From: Thraustochytrium aureum
Taxonomy: Eukaryota
Direction of reading: 5' to 3'
Assembly (NCBI GenBank): GCA_012862495.1
Contig: BLSG01000124.1
Span: 21,756-77,486, forward strand
DNA: 55,731 nucleotides
Positions within the stretch are counted from its first letter, which is position 1. Each line of letters begins with the position of its first letter. This document shows, piece after piece, positions 21,426 to 33,816 of this stretch. The position numbers were made by a program, and so were the translations under genes. Below the pieces are notes generated by a model. The model was given only the letters and a program-made list of their open reading frames with translations. It did no database searches and was not told the origin of the DNA.

Positions 21426-23752
21426 TTATGTGGGCGAAAGCAGAGCAGTAAAGTACTCCGACACGGCGTCAACGAGTCGATCGAGTTCGCGCGGCAGGCC
21501 GCGACCAGAGGACGCCGGCCGCGCCCCAGCCGCCATCCCGGTCGCAATATCGCCGCTCTGCACGAGCTCGACCACCATGTGGTGCGAAACGTGCAGGCTC
21601 TGCATGTCGGGCAAACCAATATGCGCGAGGGAAGAGCTCGCCAAGAGGTCCGCAAAGGATCGCGGCGCCATCAGAGCAGCGACCTCGCCCAGGCGCTGCC
21701 CGCGCGCCGCAGCGGTCCCGTCGTCCGACATTGCGTAAACCTTGTCGTCGGGGTCCACGCGGTTGGCCACAAAGACAAGGCTTGCCTCGGTCTCGTTTGC
21801 CACTCAGAGACCTTGTGAACAAACGAGCACCTGCCTCGGTGCACCAAAACCGCCACCTCAANNNNNNNNNNNNNNNNNNNNNNNNNNNNNNNNNNNNNNN
21901 NNNNNNNNNNNNNNNNNNNNNNNNNNNNNNNNNNNNNNNNNNNNNNNNNNNNNNNNNNNNNNNNNNNNNNNNNNNNNNNNNNNNNNNNNNNNNNNNNNNN
22001 NNNNNNNNNNNNNNNNNNNNNNNNNNNNNNNNNNGTCAGGACGGGCTCCACACTCGCCGTGGCCTGCACGCGAATCGCGCGGTGGCCCCTCGATGGCCCA
22101 GTCGCGTTCGCAGCGGGGCGCAGCCCGGCCTCGCGCACCGAGGCCCGCTCTGCGGGCAAGGCGACGGTGGCGTTCGGGACCAGAAACACGTGCCCCTCCG
22201 TGGAGAACAACACGTCTGACGGCCCGCCTAGCCCCTGCAGCGCGGTCGGCAAGTCCGAGTCGCGCGCCGCCATGTCGAAGAGCATGTAGAGGTACTTGAG
22301 GGTCTCTGCCAAAAAGTAGCTGTCCATGCGGTCTTCGTGCGACAAGGTCTTGGCCGTCACGTCCCGAAGCGTCGCGAAGCCGCACTCGACGCGGCACCGC
22401 GCGTCAATGTCCCGCATGATGGTGCGTCCGGCCTCCAGGTAGGCGGGGTCGCGCGTCTTTTGGAAAATCAGCATCGTGCTCTCCGCGAGCTCAGGGCGCA
22501 AAAAGTACTGCTGCCCAAACCCAGGCGCCGTGCGGGAGGCCAGGTCAAAGTTTTCTGGGAGCGCGTTGTAGTGCCGCCAGATGGCAAAGTAAGCTTTGTG
22601 CGATTCCTCGGCAAGGTCCAGGTGGCCGGCCATCGCCTCCAGGCCGGGCCAGAACGCTTGCAAGGCAGAGACCACAAAGTTTCGCGGTCGGGCTTTGCCG
22701 TCGTCCAAGTGTACATCGACGTGCCAGGGCCCGAATGCGAGGTGCGCGTCGACGGCGTCCACGGCCGCGACGAACATTTCCAGCAAAGACGTGCCGTTTG
22801 CCTGCGCCCGAGCGGCCTGCGCCACCTCCTTGTCAAAGTAAGGGCTGTCTGGGTGGTCGAGCAGCACATGCGCTTTGTACAGGTACTCGAAGAAGCTGTC
22901 GATCCCTGCCCCTGTCCCTGCGAACGACGACAGCCACTTTCCCGAATGCACGTCTATTGTATTGCCTATGAGCCCCGTCCGGGGCGACCGCGCATTCCAG
23001 AGGGCCAGCATTGCGCGCCGCGCCGCGCCCTCGAAGCTCGGGTCGCCTGTCAACCGCGAGAGCAGCCCGAGCTCAAGCAGCAGCGTCCCAGCAGCAGCAG
23101 TGCAGGTCTGCCTCGACTCGCCGAGCTCCACGCCGTGCTTCAAGTTGACGCGGTGGTAGGGGATGCCGGAGCGGGTCTGGAACGCTGGCAGGAGCCGCTT
23201 GCCGAGGTCTGTGGCCATGCCGAGCAACTCGCCCGAGTAGCGGAACGTGTCGCCCGTTTGCGCCGATGCAGGGGGCGGGATTGCGCCCTGCACCAGCAAG
23301 AGGTGCGCGGAAAGTAGGCCTCCGAGAACGCGAATGTTGGTCTCAAACACAGAGACGGTCACGTCGCGGTCAAAGTGGACGTGCTCAATTACGCGGCGGA
23401 CACCGTCATAGAATCGCTCATACAGCCCCATCACCGCCAGCGTGTCCAGGCTATCAATCAGCGTCAGCGCAAACCCCCCCAAGGTGTCGTCGATGGTGCC
23501 GCGCTCCCTTCTGTCCCACCGTCGGCCTGTGCACGTCAGCGGCTTGAGCTCGTCCCACGGCCACGCGTGCTCCATGTAGCTATCAAACGCGTGAATCAGC
23601 ATGTCTCGCGCCTCGTCTCTCAACGCAGGCGCATCCTCTGTCCACGGCCCGCCTGCCGCGCAGCACTCCGTTTCACGGCTGCACACCTCGACATTGTTTC
23701 CTTCAGCGCACGCCACGACCAGAGCCGCCGCGAGCAGCGTTGCTGCCCTCAT
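21426..23752 (-). CDS. EDEM3: ER degradation-enhancing alpha-mannosidase (GH47) with C-terminal PA domain, EDEM3-like architecture
   Basis: Signal peptide. GH47 motifs HAWPWDELKPLTC, LTLIDSLDTL, VSVFETNIRVLGGLLSAH, GIDSFFEYLYK, RPELAEST, DRMDSYFLAETLKYLY and FSTEGH. PA-like VLVHRGRCSFVHK..LVFVAN spans a frameshift near 21812. There is an internal N gap. Confidence 0.9.
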
Positions 23753-24224
23753 CCTCGCCCAGCGCCCCGCCCTAACGCACCGCCTTGAATAGCGCGTGGC
23801 CCATACGCCCCTACTTGCGCCTTGCTCGCGCTCTCCTCCTGCTGCTGCTGCTGCTGCTGCTGCGCCTGCTCCTGCGCCTGCTNNNNNNNNNNNNNNNNNN
23901 NNNNNNNNNNNNNNNNNNNNNNNNNNNNNNNNNNNNNNNNNNNNNNNNNNNNNNNNNNNNNNNNNNNNNNNNNNNNNNNNNNNNNNNNNNNNNNNNNNNN
24001 NNNNNNNNNNNNNNNNNNNNNNNNNNNNNNNNNNNNNNNNNNNNNNNNNNNNNNNNNNNNNNNNNNNNNNNNNNNNNNNNNNNNNNNNNNNNNNNNNNNN
24101 NNNNNNNNNNNNNNNNNNNNNNNNNNNNNNNNNNNNNNNNNNNNNNNNNNNNNNNNNNNNNNNNNNNNNNNNNNNNNCGTCGTGTTAATGGTCTGCTCGA
24201 GGTTTTACACCTGATGACCTCGCT

Positions 24225-24548
24225 ACGTCACGAACCGTCTTGCTTCGTCACAAATGTCGCTGTGAAACGCCGCGCTGGTGAGATATTCGACGCAATTTGT
24301 CACGAGGACGGCTTTTGCGTCACTACTGTCGGCTAGGCGTTTCAAGGCGCGCTAGTGCGTCATGGCAGTGACCCTTTCGTCACTATACTCGGCCAGGGCC
24401 TTGTAACAGGACCAGTAAACCTGACGTGGCACGTCACACAGGACGCCACACGTCACTCCACCGAGGGCTCCGTGCTGCACGTCACAGGAGCGTCTTAGTT
24501 TCACAGAGAAACTGAAAGACCCTCGTCAGAAGAACCCCCAAAGTGACG
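24225..24548. promoter_or_regulatory. Dense cluster of CGTCA/TGACG motifs including UPRE-like TGACGTGG in a divergent promoter
   Basis: Eleven CGTCA/TGACG pentamers in about 325 nt between the EDEM (-) and 24654 (+) starts. TGACGTGG is at 24422-24429. Confidence 0.6.
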
Positions 24549-24653
24549 AGGGCTACGAGGAATTGGTAGAGCCGTTGGGCGTGGGTGAGCGGGAACGCCA
24601 GAGCAGAGCGCCAGAGCAGAGCTGCGACGCGGCTGCGTAGAGCGCGCAGCACG

Positions 24654-27600
24654 ATGAGCTACCACGTGGACGACGACAGCCGCGAAGGCCTCTTGAACGA
24701 AGATGCGATCGAGCGGCTCGTGATGATGGACGTCAGGCTCGAAAAGGCGTTTTGTAGCGCTGGCGTCCCGCGGTCTTGGGAAATGGGCGGCGAGCGGACG
24801 CGCTGGAAAGCCAGCCAAAGCGGAGCTTCAACAGGGGAGAGGGCTGCTGGGAATGCCAAGAGCGGGGCGCGGGCGCACGGCACGGCTGGAAAGCGGCAGC
24901 GAAAGCTCGCGCCGATGTGGGGCACCGCACAGCATGTGAGCGCGCTGGAACGCGGCGGTTGGTTGAATCGCGGCCCGCAAGCCGCCGCCCGCCATGAACT
25001 AAAGAGCCCGAGCATTCGAGAGCTTTTGAGCAAGGTGGCCCCAAGAAACCCAAGCATTCCAGAGTGGTCTCGCGCTGCGGGCAAGTCGCGCGTGGAGGAG
25101 TGGCTCGACGCCATGGCCTCAGGGTCTGGGGACCCCTGCAAGATCGCCCGCGAGTGCATCCAGCTGTTTGGGAGCGAGTTTGACGAATGTGTCCAGTTTC
25201 TGAGCCAAGACCTCAGGTTTTTGCATTCGCTCTGCTCGGGGCAGACGGCGTTGCCACGACAGGCAGCCGAAAGCTGCTTGCATCGTGGGGCCACCATGCT
25301 GGACCTCTGGCGCGGCTCCCACCGTGTGGTCTGGCAAGCCGTTCAGTGCGCAGATGCAGAGCTTAGTCGCTTGCGCGAGGAGCGCGACTCTGCCTTTATC
25401 GAGAACCTCGAGCAGCGCGTCGCAGACCTCGAGAGGAGCACCGAGTGCCTCGAGGCGGAGCGCAACGAGATCTCCTCGTGCCTGAAAGAGTACGAGGTGC
25501 TATTCGAAGACCTCTGCAGGTTTAACGAAGGGGAGGAGACCATGTCGGAGCAGCGCTGTCGGATAGAGTTCAAGGGTCCAAGCAGGGCCCCCGAGATCCT
25601 TGCGAGGCTGGCGCAGCGCATGTTACTGGCGTCAAAGCGCGGCCTTCCTCCCCTGGAGGAGTGCTTGACAGACGCTTGCATCGATCTCGGGAAACGCAAG
25701 GCAAACCAGTCGAGCGCTGCAGCGAGCGAGGATCAGGCTGCTAAAGCGCCATCTGCGGCCGACCGCTCGCCAGGGCAACCAGGGCTGGACGAGCCGAGCG
25801 AGGCCAGCCAAGAGCTCGCCGAGGACAGCGACGACTCGTGCGACACGGGTGCTGGCGCGGAAGAAGATGATGGCAGTGAGGATGAAAACTCAGGGGCGCC
25901 GGGTGAGGGAGCGCCAACAGTGCGCCAGGAAGCCGGACGAAAGCCGATTTTGCGCTCTGCGCAGAGCAAGCGGAGCTCTATCCTGACAGAGCGCCGGATT
26001 GAGGCAAGCGTGCAAAAGTTGGACGAGCTACAGCAGTCGCACATCATGGCGCGCATGCTCGACAGGGTGAAACAGCCCACGCTCAAGTCGATGATCTCTG
26101 AAATGAACTCGGATGGCCAAAAACGGATCACAGCTTCGCTGATGGAGTCGTGCTCGGACGGCAAAGCCGTCGTGTTCGTCCGTGAAATATTGCGAGATTT
26201 GGAGGCTGGCAAAGACCGCGTTGACATTGTCCTTCGCTTTGTGGAGATGCTACAAGATCACGAGGTGGATCTCTTTCTGCCCGCCCTAGCGCCTCTTGTG
26301 GGGGAGGATCGGATGCGCCAGGCTTGCACCAGCGAGGACTCTACCCGTCAAGACGGACAAGTGGTTGGCCGTGCGACTCAGACTGATCCAGTCCGCTTTG
26401 CCGAGGCGGACGTCGTGGGCGCGTCCAGCTTTGCCAAGCCTTTCCCGCCGAGGAACGCCAAGGCATGCGAGAGCAGTCGGAGCATCCTACGAGCAATCGA
26501 AAGCAAGCTCATGACCTTTAGCGCGGTTGAAGAAGACGAAGAATGCGTTGGCAGCGGAGGCGTCCCTGAAACCGGCGATGACAGCGGCTCGGCTCGTCAA
26601 GACGCAGATCTTGCCCCTGCAGTCAGCGACGCTGCACCAGACGCACAGGCCGGCGGCGAGGAGGTGGCGCTGGTCAGCGCGCTGGGCAGTTCGAACCTTG
26701 GAGAGTCCTCGTTCCAGCTTTCCAAGGTAAACATCAAAAACCAACGAATTCTAGAGCAAGGCGGCGACATCGAGGTCACCGTGACCCTCAAGCACACGAG
26801 CCCGCAGTTCTCGAGCACCATGCTGCCCTGGGTCAAATACCTGAGCTCGCCGCCAAAGGGGCGGCGCGCGCGCAAGATCGAGCGCCTTCACTTCGAAAAC
26901 GACGTGATCGGAGACGTGTACCAAAAGAAGGTCCTTGCCGACCGCAGCTTGCGCGGCGGAGAGCGCAAGCCGCACTCCCTGGCCAAATCCATGTTGCACT
27001 ATTTCACGCAAAAGTATGGCCTGAAGAAGATAGCCGAGGAGTACCTGTACGGCGTGGTGCGCTCCATTCGGAATCACCACCATGAGTCGCCGCGCATCCA
27101 GCTGTTTGGGATGCTCGTTGGCATCGTCAACCCAGATTTGTATTCGCCGATCGTGTGCGACGTTGTGATGGAGACCCTGGGCGCGACAGTTCGGCCCGAG
27201 CAGNNNNNNNNNNNNNNNNNNNNNNNNNNNNNNNNNNNNNNNNNNNNNNNNNNNNNNNNNNNNNNNNNNNNNNNNNNNNNNNNNNNNNNNNNNNNNNNNN
27301 NNNNNNNNNNNNNNNNNNNNNNNNNNNNNNNNNNNNNNNNNNNNNNNNNNNNNNNNNNNNNNNNNNNNNNNNNNGTGCGACGATTCCAACGACGACGGTG
27401 CAAGCACGCGGTCGTGGACCGTGCCGGCTGCCCTCAGGCAACGAATGCTCCGTTGGATTGAGGCCAACTCGATCCCCGAGTCTGAAGCTGTGGAGGGCTC
27501 AAGCAGCGACCTCAAGGTGGTTGACTGCGATGGCTTTCTGCACGAGATGGCCTTGGTGACCGTGGCCAAGCTGGAGCTGGACCGGGGCATCCTCATCTCC

Positions 27601-27831
27601 CTCTTCCAGCGGTTTGACTCGAACGGAGACGGCGTTCTCTCCTTTCAGGAGTTCACTGAGCTCATCAACCAGTGCCAGCCGAGCCCGGCGTTGAGCGAGT
27701 CGCAGATCATGGACCTTTGGATCGAGGTGAATGACAGCGAGGAGGACGAGGACGACGAGGTCATCACTGCCAACGCGTTTGCGACGGTCTGCTGCGAGAA
27801 GCAACTCGAGCTGCCGTACTCGTTGGCGTAG
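24654..27831 (+). CDS. Large coiled-coil protein with TSNAXIP1-like domain and C-terminal EF-hand
   Basis: DVYQKKVLAD..MLHYFTQKYGLKKIAEEYLYGVVRSI..SPRIQLFGMLVG, then after the N gap the EF-hand FQRFDSNGDGVLSFQEFTELI. Stop at 27829-27831. Confidence 0.7.
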
Positions 27832-28024
27832 TCCTTCGGTCCGGTGGGCGCACAGTGCGAGGTGCCAGTGAGAATTTCGTTGATTCCTGCGAAATCTTTG
27901 TGGAAATGTTTTCCTTCGGTCGGCCGCGTGTTGGAGCAAGCAAGCAACGCGCGCTCCGTCAAAGGCGGACAAGTCGCGGGTAGAGCAGGCGGCGAAGCGA
28001 GCGAGACCTAACCTGCGCTGCAGG

Positions 28025-28769
28025 ATGGAGCACATTGACGCCGAGCTGCGGGAGCATTTCCTACTGGTCAGCCTGGACGACGACTCTGACGAGTGCTCAA
28101 GCTCGGACGCCAACGACAGCCTCGCTGGGAAGAGCAACGCGCCAAGAAGAAGCTGCCGCAGCGACGCCCGCGCCCGACGCGTCTTCAGCTATCGACGACA
28201 GCGCCGCTCGGGCCCGAAAGTCGGAGGTCATTGCGCGCGTGAAGGAAGAGTTTGGCTCGCAGGAGTACCACGAATTTTGTTCAATTGATGTCGTTCGATT
28301 CATTTTCAAAGAGTTCGGCCGCTGCGCCGACGAGGTGTTCATCGAGGCGGTTCGCAGCACGCTCAAGGTTTACGAGTGCAACGGGCAGAACTGCCTAGGT
28401 CGCTTTGAAACTCGTCGCGCGTTTTGGGAGCACATTGAAAGCCGCAAGGACCACCGCGTGAAATCCAGAGACTTCAACACGGAGCTCCGAACCAATCTTG
28501 TCTTGCTCGTTTTTCCAGAGCTTCGCAAGGAAGACCTGAACAGTCGATCTCAGCTCCTGGGGAAGGTCGCTCAAGTGCGCCAAATGTTTCGTGGCGGACT
28601 GCTGACGCCGGCGCAAGAAAGCACATACCTTCGCGCGCTCGCGAAAATTTGTTTGATGCGCGCCTACAGGCCCGTGAACCGCCTGCGGGGCCAGCAGCGT
28701 GCGCAGCAACAAGAGGGCGCTGAGCCGGCAACAACAGGAGCAGCAGCGCTGATGGGCGACGCCATCTGA
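28025..28769 (+). CDS. Hypothetical protein with a single C2H2-like zinc finger (frameshift near 28140)
   Basis: YECNGQNCLGRFETRRAFWEHIESRKDH (C-x4-C-x12-H-x6-H) in ORF 28035-28769. The acidic N-terminus from ATG 28025 is in the adjacent frame. Confidence 0.55.
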
Positions 28770-29152
28770 ACATTCTGAATTCTGCTCGACGTTCTGGGGG
28801 ATTTCGTTGGCGGCTCGGGGTTTTTGGTGACGCCACGCTTTCGATTGAGCTTCCGCCGCTGGCCTTGGGAAGCGAGACCGCACTGATGGGGCTGCGCGGA
28901 TCAGAACAGATAACATCGAGGCTGCCCCCACCATCCCCCGAAAAAAAGAAAAAGTAATGCTTTCCGATCTGCGCGATGTGACAGCCCTCGTCGGGTGGCC
29001 GCACTCCGCACCGCTGGCCTCCTTCCTGCCGCCGTCGCTCACTGTCCCATCGCCGAGAACGGCTCCGCGTTTTGCTCTAAAGTTGGTGCACCAAGAGCTC
29101 GGCAAATACTGAACGAGCCGCGACTCCCTCTCCGACATCCAAGTGGTGACAA

Positions 29153-29225
29153 GTCGAGCTAGCTCAGTCGGTAGAGCGTGCGCTTCACACGCGTAAGGTC
29201 GTGAGTTCGATCCTCGCGCTCGATA
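29153..29225 (+). tRNA. tRNA-Val(CAC)
   Basis: 73-nt cloverleaf: acceptor GTCGAGC/GCTCGAT, D-arm GCTC/GAGC, anticodon stem TGCGC/GCGTA with loop TTCACAC, T-arm GTGAG-TTCGATC-CTCGC, discriminator A. A T-rich Pol III terminator follows. Confidence 0.95.
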
Positions 29226-30397
29226 CATCATTCTTTTGCTCTTTCTTCATCTCATTATTTTGCTTGCCGACAATNNNNNNNNNNNNNNNNNNNNNNNNNN
29301 NNNNNNNNNNNNNNNNNNNNNNNNNNNNNNNNNNNNNNNNNNNNNNNNNNNNNNNNNNNNNNNNNNNNNNNNNNNNNNNNNNNNNNNNNNNNNNNNNNNN
29401 NNNNNNNNNNNNNNNNNNNNNNNCGAAAACGCACCCGCAAAACGTGGGCCTCTGGCACTCGGCCTTGGCCGTCATGATTGTTTGTTGGCAGCCAACTCGA
29501 ATGCATGGCTTGCGCCCGAACCAACGCGAGCCTCGACAAAGCTGGGCGCGTCTGCGCCTGTCACTCGTATTTGGCGTGCGCGAATTTGTTTGGAATTCGG
29601 ATTCGCCACAGCGTCCTGAGGCGGTCGGCGCGCGCCACCTTTTCACCCACGAGCCCCACCTCCTCCACCGTATAGGTGAGGTGAGTAGTAGTAGGTACTT
29701 AGTACCTCCCTCCCTAACTCTGCTTCTCTCTCTCTGCTTCCTCCTCTCGTCTCCCTCGCGTCGATCTCGCCGGGGCGCCTCGCAAGACCTGTTCTGAATT
29801 CTGCCGAACAGGCCGGTTTTCTCGCTCCAGCGGCTGAGAGGCGGCCACGAGCGCGGTGAGAGGCGGCCACGAGCGCTGTGAGAGCCTGCACACACCGTCC
29901 CTCCCACCCGTCGTCCACCTCGGTAGCTGCGCATAAACGGCCCCCCGCGCAGAGCGGCGCTGGGGGCTTCTTGTGAGGCGGCGCGTCTGCCTCGCGCTTT
30001 GCTCGCTCGGACTTGGGCGAATTTGGGTTGGTTTTGATGTGCTTCAGGGCTGTTTTCGACTGGTGTGACGCCCGTATGGAGCGGCGCCGAAGTGCGCGCG
30101 TGGACACTGGAGATGATCGCTCTGCTCGATGTGCAAAGTGCGGCAGAAGCCCAACGCGAGCAGGTGCAGAGCAGTGGACGAACGGAGCCAGCTGCTGGGG
30201 CTGCTCGTGCTGCTCGTGCTGCTGGTGCTGCGCGATATCGAGGGGCGGCGAGAGCGGCGAGCGCGCTCGGCGCTGCCGTCAGGACGACAGGGTCGAGCGG
30301 CAACTCGGGCTCGCCGGGCGTGTCGGGCGCGAGCCGAGGTTTTGCTCGCACCGCCCAACGGCGGGCACCGCGTCGGGATCCCTGCGTGGCTTGAAAG

Positions 30398-30630
30398 ATG
30401 ATGAACAATGGAGGCGGGGAACAGTGGTTCATGGCCTTTGACCGCAAGAGCGGCGCGGCGTACTACTACAACCAGTACGGCGACACGACGTACCAGCGGC
30501 CGCCCGGGTTTCAAGCACCGAGCCAGCAGCCCGCAAAACGGCCTTCGTTCATGGGCATGGGGAGCGGGACCCAGTCAATTCGACTCCGCCCGCAAGAAGG
30601 CCAGCAGCAGCAACAGCAGATCATGATGAT

Positions 30631-30665
<35 letters not shown>

Positions 30666-33300
30666 GTGGTCCCTCGCAACAGGCGCCCCCCAGGCGTCCC
30701 TGTCGGCCAAAAGAAGGGCACCCCCCTCCGAGCACTGTTTCCGCACGTGGCCCGCTACGACGACGAGCTGAGCCTAAGGCCCGGCCAGATTGTGATCGGG
30801 CTCGAGCGCGTGGAGGGTGGCACCTGGTGGTACGGCGAGCTGAACGGGCAGCGCGGGCACTTTCCAGCCAACTTTGTCGAGGTCGTGCAAGAGTCCGCAC
30901 AACAAGTCAACATGATGGCCAACTACGGCGCGTCAAGTCCGGGGTGGTTCCAGCAGGAGCAGGCCCCGCAACGGCCCCCCAAGCCCGACGCGATCGCCAT
31001 GGGCAACGTTGCGCGCGACCCTCAGGCCCAGATCAAGGACGAGCGGCGCGTCAACCAGGCCCGCGGAGCGCCCAGCAACCTCAAGTTTACGTTTTGGGCG
31101 CACACATGGGGCTACGCGTTCTCGTTCTACGCCGTCATCCTGGGTGGGTTTTCGTACTTTTGGTTTTTGGAGGCCCAGGCCGAGCCCCTCGAGTCGGACA
31201 AGCGCCGCATGCTCGGGATCGAGGCGTCCTGGATTTCCTTTGCGGTCGTGGGCGCCGGCGTGGCCGCCTTTGCTCTAGAGTACTTTTGGGGCCTCAAGCG
31301 CACCGACGAGCAGTACGCAATGTTTGGAAACCTCCCATTCCATGCTGTTTTCTACGCCGTCGCGTCGGTCCCGTGCTTTTTCAGCAACCCGACCATCCTG
31401 GCAGGCGTGATTGGCGTCTGCGCCGCTGGCGTCAACTACTACTCCGAGTCGCAGAACGAGCGCGGGACCTCCGAAGGGAAAAACTTTATGTTCCGCTTCT
31501 CGGCGAAGATCTTCAACGGCTGGAGCTTTGTGCAGACCGCCATCGTCGTCGGATTTCTGGCCATCAACGCCTTCCTGTTCCTGGGTCGGTTCTTTCTCGT
31601 CGAAAACGCGCGCCAGGAGTGCCTGGTCACCAACGTTGCAAACCCTGACCTTTGCATTACGATGTGGGCTCCTTTTGCCAAGGGGTTTGGAACTACGCTC
31701 GACTTTGGCTGCGCGCTCATCGTCGTGCCCGTGCTGCGCGCCTTCATCAAGCGCATCAGCACGATCGAGGTCTCCCCGAACAAGACGCTGGCTACGGTGA
31801 TCCCGCTCAAGAAGAACATCCAGGGCCACAAGATCATCGGGTTTTCGATCTTTATCGGGTCTCTGGGCCACATCTTCTTCCACTTTGTCAACTTTGGCGT
31901 CAACCCTGTGGCCGCCATCGCAGGCTTTGGTGCGCCGGCTCTGTACACGGGCGGCCTCATCACCCTGTTCATGACCTGCATCTTCGTGGCCGCGCACGAC
32001 TCGGTGCGCCGCAGCTCGTTCGAGGCTTCTGGTACAGCCACCACTTTTTCCTGCTGTGCTTTCCGTTCTTGCTGGCGCACGGCCCCAAGTATTGGTATTT
32101 CGCGGTGGTGCCCATCCCGATGTACGCCTTTGACCGGCTGGTGCGCGCGCGCCGCGGCACCAACCCGATGCTCGTCGACTATGTGCGCTTCAGCCCGCCT
32201 GTGCTCAAGCTGCACTTTGCGCCCGAGCGCATCGACGACTTTCGCTTCCAGGCGGGCCAGTACCTGTACCTGCAGGTCCCGCACATCAGCCAGAGCGAGT
32301 GGCACCCGTTCACCATCTCGTCCAGCTTCGGGGACCTCACCAAGGAGGGGTTCGTGTCGCTGCATATTCGTGTGCAAAAGCCCGGCTCCTGGACGCACGG
32401 TGTCATGGAGTACTTTAAGCTGCTCTGCGGCAAGGGCAACGCCAAGAAGGACGGCAAGAAGGACCCGCCCTTCGAGGGCTACCTGACCCACTTTGACGCC
32501 TCTGGCGTCGTGCAGCGCGGCAAGCACTTTGGGCCGGACGGCCTCCCGCTCATCCGCGTGGACGGCCCGCACGCCGCGCCGGCCCAGACCTATGCGACCT
32601 ACCGCGAGGTCATGCTCGTGGGGTCGGGAATCGGTCTCACGCCGTCCGCCGCCATCCTCTCAGCCGTCACGCGATACAAGTGGCAGATGGGCTTCAACCC
32701 GGAAACGCTGCGCTTCTTCTGGGTCGTGCGCCACTCGGAGATCGACTCGTTCGAGTGGTTTGTCGAGCTGCTCGACTCGGTCCCAAAAAGGTGGTCGCTG
32801 ACCGCAAGAGCGGCTCGATCACGCCCTACCATCGACTCGAGATCAACATTTACGTCACCTCTGCTCCCTCAAACATTGCCACGGTCAAGCCCGAGAAGGC
32901 CAACCTGGCCATGCGCAACGCCGTCGAGGAGAAGCGCCGTCAAGCCAACCAGGTCAAGGACGCTGGCGACCTCAACCAGTACCTCGGCTTCACGGTGGAC
33001 GACATCAAGACGCTCATCAAGAACCCCACGGTGCCGGCCAAGGACCAGGCGCAGATCCAGTACTCGTCCTACGGGTACTACAACAAGCTGCCCAACCGCC
33101 TTGGCTACGTCTACGTCTACAACGGCCGTCCGGCCTGGCCGGAGATCTTCCAGGGCGTGCGTGAAGCGCGCCACCGCGGCGTCGGCGAGGTCGGTGTCGT
33201 CTACTGCGGCGCCCCACAGGTCGGCGAGGACCTCAAGGTCAACTGCAAGCGTTTCACTGGCGGCGACTGCACGTTCACCCTCAACAAGGAGGTCTTTTGA
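30398..33300 (+). CDS. NADPH oxidase (NOX) fused to N-terminal WW, SH3 and p22phox-like domains (3 frameshifts)
   Basis: WW: WFMAFDRKSGAAYYYNQYGDTTYQRPP. SH3: ALFPHVARYDDELSL..WWYGELNGQRGHFPANFV. A p22phox-like TM block follows. NOX heme His pairs: HKIIGFSIFIGSLGH and YSHH..LAHG. FAD motifs GQY and EWHPFTISS. NADPH motifs VDGPHAAP, VGSGIGLTP, GRPAW, VYCG and C-terminal KEVF. Shifts near 30690, 32025 and 32785. Confidence 0.92.
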
Positions 33301-33816
33301 GTCCCGTGCACGCGCTCCAAGCGCTTCCCTGTCGCTCAACTAACGACGGGCGCCCTTCATTGCTATCCTAACCCAACCCAACCTGATGACATAACCTTCC
33401 TTCTCCATCAGCATCGTGTGCGCCGTTCGACGCCTTTCGCACATCCTTGACGAGCGCGTGCGTCATGTTCATGCTCTACTTACTCCGTCTTGGCCGAGCT
33501 CCTGCTGCTCCAAAACCCGCACGTCTTGGGCTCGGCTGGACGACGCGCGGGCGGCTCGACGGCACGCCTGGCTAGCTGGCTGGCTGGCTGGCTGGCTCAT
33601 GCGGCGCGCGGTTGGATGGCTCTGCGGCGTGCCGCTGGAATGCGGACGTGCGTCGTCGAGTGCGGCGAGGCGGACTCGAAGGAGCCCTGTGTGCCATTTT
33701 GGGGCCGAACGGTGGGCAACAACAACAACAACGCCGCCGCCGCAGCCGCCGCCGCCGACGACCGACGACGCAACGAGCACTCGCGAAGGGGGCGAGGCAG
33801 ATCTGCGAGCCGGGCA

